The position numbers were made by a program, and so were the translations under genes. Positions 58,705-64,000 of a stretch of 64,000 bases of DNA are shown here, piece by piece. Source of the DNA: Candidatus Woesearchaeota archaeon. GTDB taxonomy: Archaea; Nanobdellota; Nanobdellia; Woesearchaeales; UBA12501. The stretch lies in assembly GCA_046484055.1 (NCBI GenBank), contig JAWOBY010000066.1, positions 18,928-82,927 on the forward strand, written 5' to 3'. Below the pieces are notes generated by a model, which saw nothing but the letters and a program-made list of their open reading frames with translations, ran no database searches and had not been told where the DNA came from. Within the stretch, counting starts at the first letter, position 1, and each line of letters opens with the position of its first letter.

Positions 58705-61700
58705 TCATTCTTTGAAGTCAAGCGCGAACTTATACTCAATGGGTTCTCTCACAGCCCTCCTCTTCTCAGGGTCATATACAGATGACATGCTTTCTGTTCT
58801 CACGCAAAGCTTGTAATTCCTCTTCTCAACCTCGCATCTGGTTCCTGAATCATCATCGGTAAAGGTGAGGGTGTTCCCGTCCTTTTTGGCATATAATGTC
58901 TCTACACCGCTTTCTGTCCTTATCCTCTTGCTGTCTTCTACAGAACCGGGGAATGAATAGGACGCATCCGGGGTTTCAGAGGTTATCTTTATCTTGCCGG
59001 AGCCTGAAGCGCTTATCGTGACCTCCTCACTGCTGTCCTCCTTCTCGTACTCATACTCAAGGGGTATCTCGCAAGTGCACTGGTCGCTCTCTGATTCCGC
59101 GCAGGCCTTGGTCCACTCGGCGAAATCGCTGATCATATTCTCCTGATAATCGCAGGGCCCGTTGAAGAGGAGGAGGTCATCATCTATCTCCCTGCGGTCA
59201 TCTACCGCTTCCTTGACACATTCCCTGAGACCATCCGAGCTCTCGTCTTTGCACTCATGTATTATCTCTTTTGCTGTCCGGATCAGCTTGCTGTACACTT
59301 CAGGGTCGTAATCGGTCTCTGCCCTGAAGGAGGGGTTCGCATAATACTCCCCTATCTTCATGTAATCCACTGGCTTGTACTCACAGACATAAGGGGAGCC
59401 TCCCGCTTCAACCATCATTGAATCCCCTTCTCTTGTCACCGCCCTCTTCACTGCTGCCATGACCCTTGAAGGATACTCATACATCCCTTCCGCGAACTCT
59501 TTGCTCCATCCCCTGCTTTCAGCCAGATCTTCAGCATCCTCCAATGTTATATCCTCCCACTTGATCTCCTCTGCCATCTTATCCTCTCTTTCAGATGCAA
59601 GGCTCCTGATCTCTTTCGCCACTCCTTCTCCATACCTGTAGCAGAGGCTGATCCAGTAATAATAATCCCCGTTCGTTTCGGGCACGACGCTGCATTCCTT
59701 GATTGTGTTCTTCAATGAGATGGCTCCTGCCCCAATCTGGTCGCCTGCTCCCTCCATACCCTTGATGAAGTCATCCCACTTGCAGGTCTCTTCCTCGCAC
59801 TCATTCGGCCCCAGTCCTGATTCTGTTGCGGGACCGACTCTCATCAGGCCGCAGTAACCGTTCTTGTTGCAGACGCATCCTTCATCATTGCAGAACATGT
59901 TGTCTTCTGATTCCTCAAAAGGTGTTGGGTCGCCTCCTGATTCCACTGCTATAATCCCTTTTATGAGCCCTGCAGGCAGATCATAATGCTCGTTCATTTC
60001 AGTGATATGCTCTTCATACTCTTTTATCCTTCCTTTTGCCTTGTCCCAGTCAGAGCTGTCATCAAGAGTGTGGTCTATCTGGCTGAAATCATAATCAGGA
60101 AGGTTATCCTCAGCGATGTCCATGCCGGTTATGGCTGTTTCTATAGCTGTTCCTGAAGCTTCATTGCCCGCCGGACCTGTTGGATGCTGTGTCCTGTCTG
60201 TCATGGGATTCAGGGAAGGACCGAAGAGCCTGCTGACAAGCCCGGTGATAATATTATCTTCATTGCCATCAGGAGAACCAGGTTCCGCCACTGCGGCTGT
60301 TGTTATGCTGTTCCCCCCTCCCAGGTCTGCTTTGGTGAATGAGTCAAAACCTTTCGGCCTTGCGAACCCTATCTTCATGCCGGGCTTTTTCTCCTGCTGG
60401 GCCCTCCTTATCTTCATGAATTCCTTGAGAGGCCGGTCCTTCAGGTGGCTTCCCCCTCCTGATTCGGATGTCCAGAGCTCTCCTCCCTTTCCGTATATCA
60501 TCAGCACATGATCCCATGTGCGCTTTGACATCCAGTTATTGGTCCCCCCGCTGGGCCTGTCCAGGAGGACGATGTCTCCCGGCCGTGCCTCTGATTCGCT
60601 TATCATGGTGGAGTACTTCGGGCTGCCCCACTGCTCGGCCAACGGGCCGTGTCCGCTTCCTAATCCTTCCATCCCTTTGCGTTCCCGTATCTCATTCACC
60701 AGGAAATGGACCCAGCCCGAGCAGTCGATGCCTCTTCCGGGTGTGGATCCGCCTAGCTGATATTCGGTGTTGTAATACTTGCTTGTCAGCTCGTCTATTA
60801 TGCCCGAAACTGTCCTGGCTCTCTCTTGGCCGGTTCCTGCTGATACATCTTCCCCTCCTCTGTCAGGAGTGTACTCACAGACGCATCTCAATGCTCTGCC
60901 TCCTGCAGTTGCGGTTGTCATGCCACCCATGCAGGCTGTGGACTCGTCAAGCTTCCTTATGATCGGCATGACCTTGCTGATGTAGTAGGGGTCTGTGGCA
61001 TAGCCCGCTTCTCGTGTCGCTTCAAGGATCTGCGGGGCTGTGAGCTTTGTGATATCTGAAGTCCCGAACATCTCTCTCCTCTTGCTGCTGTGCCTGCTCT
61101 TCTCAAGCAGTTCTATATGGGCCCTGAAACTCTCTGTGGCGGATGAGTATTTGGCGAAGTCTGCTGTCACGGTAGTCCTTTTTCCTTCATAATATTCTGT
61201 CGTTTCCGTTCTGTAACTGCCTGCATCGCCGCTTCCTTTAACACCAAAAAAATTATTGGCGTTCTTTGTGAGACCTGAACTGCCGTATCCGCTTTCCAGG
61301 GCTGCCTGCGCGAGCGTGAATTTGGCGAGCTCTATCGATCCTCTTGATGCCGCAACTGCATCATCCCAATACTTGCTGAAGAATCCCCTCTCTTTACCGC
61401 CGTGCATGGAGAAGTCAGGGCATGAAGAGCCAGTGCTGCTCACAGGCATCCCAGTTATAGAATTTACAGCTGATCCTGTTATCTGCCCTGTTGTTTGTGA
61501 TGCGCTTCCTGATGAGGACGCGATGCCCGCTGACTGTCTCTTCTTCTTCACTGCCACAAGGGCCATGGGTATGCTCCTTCCGCTGTCAGAGAAACTCTTT
61601 GTCTCTCCCCCCGATCTTATTGATACATCCCTCCCGCTCACATGGTATTCAAGCGATGTGGAGCTGCCCCCGTCCAAAGCTATGGTGCGTGTGCACTTGT

Positions 61701-63060
61701 GCTGATTCTTCATATATTCCGCGAACTGCAGAGATGTCGCGCGCTCTGCAGCGAAAAGCTTTATCTCTCCGTTCTCTGTTATGCAGATTGAAGCCCTCTG
61801 CCTCACGCCCTTGTCATTCCTGACCACAACACTTCCTTTTTTTATGAATGTCCTGAAGTCGCTTACAGCTGAGCTAACTGAACTCATCTGCTCATCACTG
61901 TATGATCTGAACTCTTCAGCAGTGATTATCTTCTGCATACCATCCTCAACAACAAAGAAATTCTCCTCCTCCATATCCCCCCTGCCTTCTATCAGTTCTC
62001 CGTAGGCTATTATGTCTGTTGTGGGGCTGAAGTCGGGCTCGAAATAGACTCCGTTTATTGCCGCAACAGAATCAGGCACCCCTCCTATGATCTCCTTGAG
62101 CGGGGCTGACCTCTTGCCCAGCACCTCATCAGCTGTGACTGTCCTCAACACATATTGCCTGGGGTCAAGAGTGGCTGTGTACGACCTGCCCCCATTGAGT
62201 GTTGATTCCTGGATGTTTATTCCAGCCCCTTCAGAAAGCGCGGTGATGCTCTCTGTCTGGGACGAGCCTGGAATACAAAGGTTTCCCTGCACCCCTCCTA
62301 TATCAGGCACTGCAGCGACCCCCTGTGGCGTGCTGGTCTGAGTTCCCGCGTACTCCTTTATGGAATCCAATAATAACTCTGCCAGCTTCTGCCTGAAGCC
62401 ATCATCATTGAGTCTCGGATCATCAGTGTTGCTCAACTCTATCAGGGCGGTGGCTGCCTTGTCTGATTCTGACGCTTTCCTCAGGAAGTAGAGGTATTGG
62501 CTGTATTTTTTTAATGGTTTGTTGCTCACATCCCCGAACTTTCTTGCTATTATCTCGCCCAGTTTCTTGTCTTCCGCGCTGCCTGCGCTCCAGTCGCACT
62601 TCTCCCTGTACTTGTCTGCTGAGGGGCAGTGTATTATCACCTTGCTCCCCTTGCAGTTCAGGCAGTCGCTGTGTATGTCTATTATGACATCCGCGTCCGC
62701 TTTCAGGGCCTTGCCTGCCCTCTTCTCAAGGTTCTTCTTGCTGCCCCCGCTGCAGTCTTCAACCCTTGTCATCACAGCATTGCCGCCTTCTGATTCCACC
62801 ATGGCTTTAAGTTTCATCGCTACGTCCTGGACTATCTCAGCCTCTCCCGGCGCGCCCGCGTTACAGCCCGTACCTGCAGGAGTCCCGTGCCCCGCTTCTA
62901 TCGCTATGGTTTTTCCCGAGAGTGCCTGTGCGCTTGCGCTAAAAGATGACATGGAGGCGCAGATCATCAGGAGAGCTGCCAATAACAGGATTCTTGAAGG
63001 ATGCAATTCCTGCTTTGCATTTCCGATGCTTGTGCCTCTCTTCTTGTTTATATTCCCCAT
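58705..63060 (-). CDS. Giant secreted multi-domain cell-wall (peptidoglycan) hydrolase: Amidase_3, phosphodiester glycosidase (DUF2233), GH73 glucosaminidase, NlpC/P60 and SLT domains
   Basis: Signal peptide. Amidase_3 IAIEAGHGTPAGTG...VMTRVED...DVIIDIHSD. DUF2233 AINGVYFEP...IALDGGSSTS. GH73 AALESGYGSSGLTKNANNFFGVKG...GYATDPYY. NlpC/P60 GIDCSGWVHF...WDHVLMIYG. SLT IIAVESGGDP...YCGLMRV. Confidence 0.8.
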   Translation of the reverse strand: MGNINKKRGTSIGNAKQELHPSRILLLAALLMICASMSSFSASAQALSGKTIAIEAGHGTPAGTGCNAGAPGEAEIVQDVAMKLKAMVESEGGNAVMTRVEDCSGGSKKNLEKRAGKALKADADVIIDIHSDCLNCKGSKVIIHCPSADKYREKCDWSAGSAEDKKLGEIIARKFGDVSNKPLKKYSQYLYFLRKASESDKAATALIELSNTDDPRLNDDGFRQKLAELLLDSIKEYAGTQTSTPQGVAAVPDIGGVQGNLCIPGSSQTESITALSEGAGINIQESTLNGGRSYTATLDPRQYVLRTVTADEVLGKRSAPLKEIIGGVPDSVAAINGVYFEPDFSPTTDIIAYGELIEGRGDMEEENFFVVEDGMQKIITAEEFRSYSDEQMSSVSSAVSDFRTFIKKGSVVVRNDKGVRQRASICITENGEIKLFAAERATSLQFAEYMKNQHKCTRTIALDGGSSTSLEYHVSGRDVSIRSGGETKSFSDSGRSIPMALVAVKKKRQSAGIASSSGSASQTTGQITGSAVNSITGMPVSSTGSSCPDFSMHGGKERGFFSKYWDDAVAASRGSIELAKFTLAQAALESGYGSSGLTKNANNFFGVKGSGDAGSYRTETTEYYEGKRTTVTADFAKYSSATESFRAHIELLEKSRHSSKRREMFGTSDITKLTAPQILEATREAGYATDPYYISKVMPIIRKLDESTACMGGMTTATAGGRALRCVCEYTPDRGGEDVSAGTGQERARTVSGIIDELTSKYYNTEYQLGGSTPGRGIDCSGWVHFLVNEIRERKGMEGLGSGHGPLAEQWGSPKYSTMISESEARPGDIVLLDRPSGGTNNWMSKRTWDHVLMIYGKGGELWTSESGGGSHLKDRPLKEFMKIRRAQQEKKPGMKIGFARPKGFDSFTKADLGGGNSITTAAVAEPGSPDGNEDNIITGLVSRLFGPSLNPMTDRTQHPTGPAGNEASGTAIETAITGMDIAEDNLPDYDFSQIDHTLDDSSDWDKAKGRIKEYEEHITEMNEHYDLPAGLIKGIIAVESGGDPTPFEESEDNMFCNDEGCVCNKNGYCGLMRVGPATESGLGPNECEEETCKWDDFIKGMEGAGDQIGAGAISLKNTIKECSVVPETNGDYYYWISLCYRYGEGVAKEIRSLASEREDKMAEEIKWEDITLEDAEDLAESRGWSKEFAEGMYEYPSRVMAAVKRAVTREGDSMMVEAGGSPYVCEYKPVDYMKIGEYYANPSFRAETDYDPEVYSKLIRTAKEIIHECKDESSDGLRECVKEAVDDRREIDDDLLLFNGPCDYQENMISDFAEWTKACAESESDQCTCEIPLEYEYEKEDSSEEVTISASGSGKIKITSETPDASYSFPGSVEDSKRIRTESGVETLYAKKDGNTLTFTDDDSGTRCEVEKRNYKLCVRTESMSSVYDPEKRRAVREPIEYKFALDFKE

Positions 63061-63069
63061 CCTACCCTC

Positions 63070-63999
63070 TCATCTTTCGTTTCCTGTCTTTTTTTCCATA
63101 AGTTTCTGGATATCCTTCTGCTTCCATCCTCTCTGTGCAAGCCATTCTATTATCTGGCTGTCTTTGTAGCCCAGCCTCTTGTAATAATTGTACTCATACT
63201 CCAGTCTCGGGTTCAATAATCCTTTTTCTCTTCTCCTGGATACTATGATTGCGATGAATCCTGTTGCAAGAATGATGATCAGGATTGCCAAGCCGCTCCA
63301 TAAAAGACTCGGCCCGTCATCTTCTGTCGTGTATAGGAAACCCTCCCCTGGGCCGCCATAACCCTCATAATCCTCGTACTCATCCTCAAGCTCTTCCTGA
63401 TATGATCCGGCGAACTCCTGCTTATCCTCCACGCATTCTCCATCACAGCAGGCATTTCCTTCAGTTCCACGGGAAAGGATTTCTCCTTCACATTCCTGCC
63501 ATGGCCTGCACAACTCACCTCCTGATATCCTGCAGGATGCATTCACATCCGGCCTCCCGTCAATCCAGCTTTCTTTTTCCTTGCCTGCGCCCTCTCCTTC
63601 CAGCTCCCAGAGATCATCGGAAGATGCGATATCATCCCCATAATTACTGTATCTGGGCTCTCTTTCTTCGGCTTCAGCAGAGAGGTCTATGCATCTGCCG
63701 ATGCAGCACAGAATATCTCCCATCTGCTGCACTGAACCGCCGCATGCCTCCTCTGAATAGCATTGCTCACCGCCTTTTATCCTGCATTCCCTGCTGTCTT
63801 CTCCTGTCCCTATCTCTATGCACTCGCCGAGGCAGCACGAATCAGCGTATTCGCCGTGCTCGAATGTGGATACTATCTCGCCGTCGCACTCCTCTGTCAC
63901 GCTGCAGAGCTCTCCGCCGTAATTCAGCTCGCATTCAGGCGGCCCCTGATCATTGTAGAAGCATCCTTCCTCCTCACAATCCTGGCAGTCAGCGTCCAT
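63070..63999 (-). CDS. Cys-rich repeat ectodomain protein with a C-terminal TM anchor; partial, N-terminus beyond the window end
   Basis: Three repeats of the GGELC...EEC.GEI......CC.GEC.E pattern. TM helix LAILIIILATGFIAIIVS. Short basic cytoplasmic tail. Ends 10 nt upstream of the hydrolase gene. Confidence 0.55.
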   Translation of the reverse strand: MDADCQDCEEEGCFYNDQGPPECELNYGGELCSVTEECDGEIVSTFEHGEYADSCCLGECIEIGTGEDSRECRIKGGEQCYSEEACGGSVQQMGDILCCIGRCIDLSAEAEEREPRYSNYGDDIASSDDLWELEGEGAGKEKESWIDGRPDVNASCRISGGELCRPWQECEGEILSRGTEGNACCDGECVEDKQEFAGSYQEELEDEYEDYEGYGGPGEGFLYTTEDDGPSLLWSGLAILIIILATGFIAIIVSRRREKGLLNPRLEYEYNYYKRLGYKDSQIIEWLAQRGWKQKDIQKLMEKKTGNER

Positions 64000-64000
64000 G

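Noticed and set aside
63997-63999. ATG at the window edge as the true start of the Cys-rich protein
   Set aside because: The reading frame reaches the window boundary. The N-terminus shown has no signal peptide despite an ectodomain-type architecture, so the gene almost certainly continues beyond the window.

Overview
This 64 kb window appears to come from an archaeal chromosome of roughly 50% GC (judged by eye). The genes are dense and mostly informational or core-metabolic, and I found no transposase or integrase.

Both window ends cut through genes:
- A minus-strand M29 aminopeptidase occupies 1-764.
- A minus-strand Cys-rich membrane protein occupies 63070-63999.

A replication island sits in the middle of the window:
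- A 790 bp intergenic region (30101-30892) has a very AT-rich core flanked by ORB-like TTCCAGTGGAAAT...GGGGT elements, consistent with oriC.
- It is followed by orc1/cdc6, the PolD small subunit, a HAD hydrolase and the PolD large subunit.
- Nearby lie MCM, an OB plus winged-helix RPA32-like protein, TBP, FEN1 (C-terminal PIP box), the RFC small subunit, RadA, a PC4-like ssDNA-binding protein and a two-OB zinc-finger RPA.

Other recognisable genes include PAN, a Trm5-like methyltransferase, an EamA transporter, a presenilin/SPP-like intramembrane protease, Pelota, PheS/PheT, ribosomal L14e and L34e, TFE, PRPP synthetase, aIF2-beta and two TrmB-family paralogs. There is also an iscS-iscU-ThiI-like-TtuA/NcsA-like sulfur-relay cluster.

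An ack-pta-acs trio is present. The Pta is strikingly Methanosarcina-like, which suggests horizontal acquisition.

The most unusual observations are these:
- A 1451 aa secreted protein fuses five bacterial cell-wall hydrolase domains (Amidase_3, DUF2233 phosphodiester glycosidase, GH73 glucosaminidase, NlpC/P60, SLT). A co-oriented Cys-rich membrane-anchored protein is adjacent.
- A tRNA-Trp(CCA) gene carries an 87 nt canonical-position intron with box C/D-like motifs and a second 30 nt insertion in the T-loop.
- A minus-strand envelope cluster at 8705-15505 encodes three tandem paralogous Cys-containing lipoproteins, a 723 aa polytopic membrane protein and a membrane-anchored protein.
- A 1112 aa surface protein has a signal peptide, N-terminal CPCS...NTG beta-domain repeats, and four single TM segments with K-rich stretches between the first pair and after the fourth.
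- A ThiI homolog has a degenerate PP-loop.
- The two TrmB paralogs share a ~190 nt near-identical inverted segment with atypical codon usage.
- A GTCCAGTG triple repeat lies upstream of the radA/PC4 genes.

No CRISPR array, rRNA or intein was seen.
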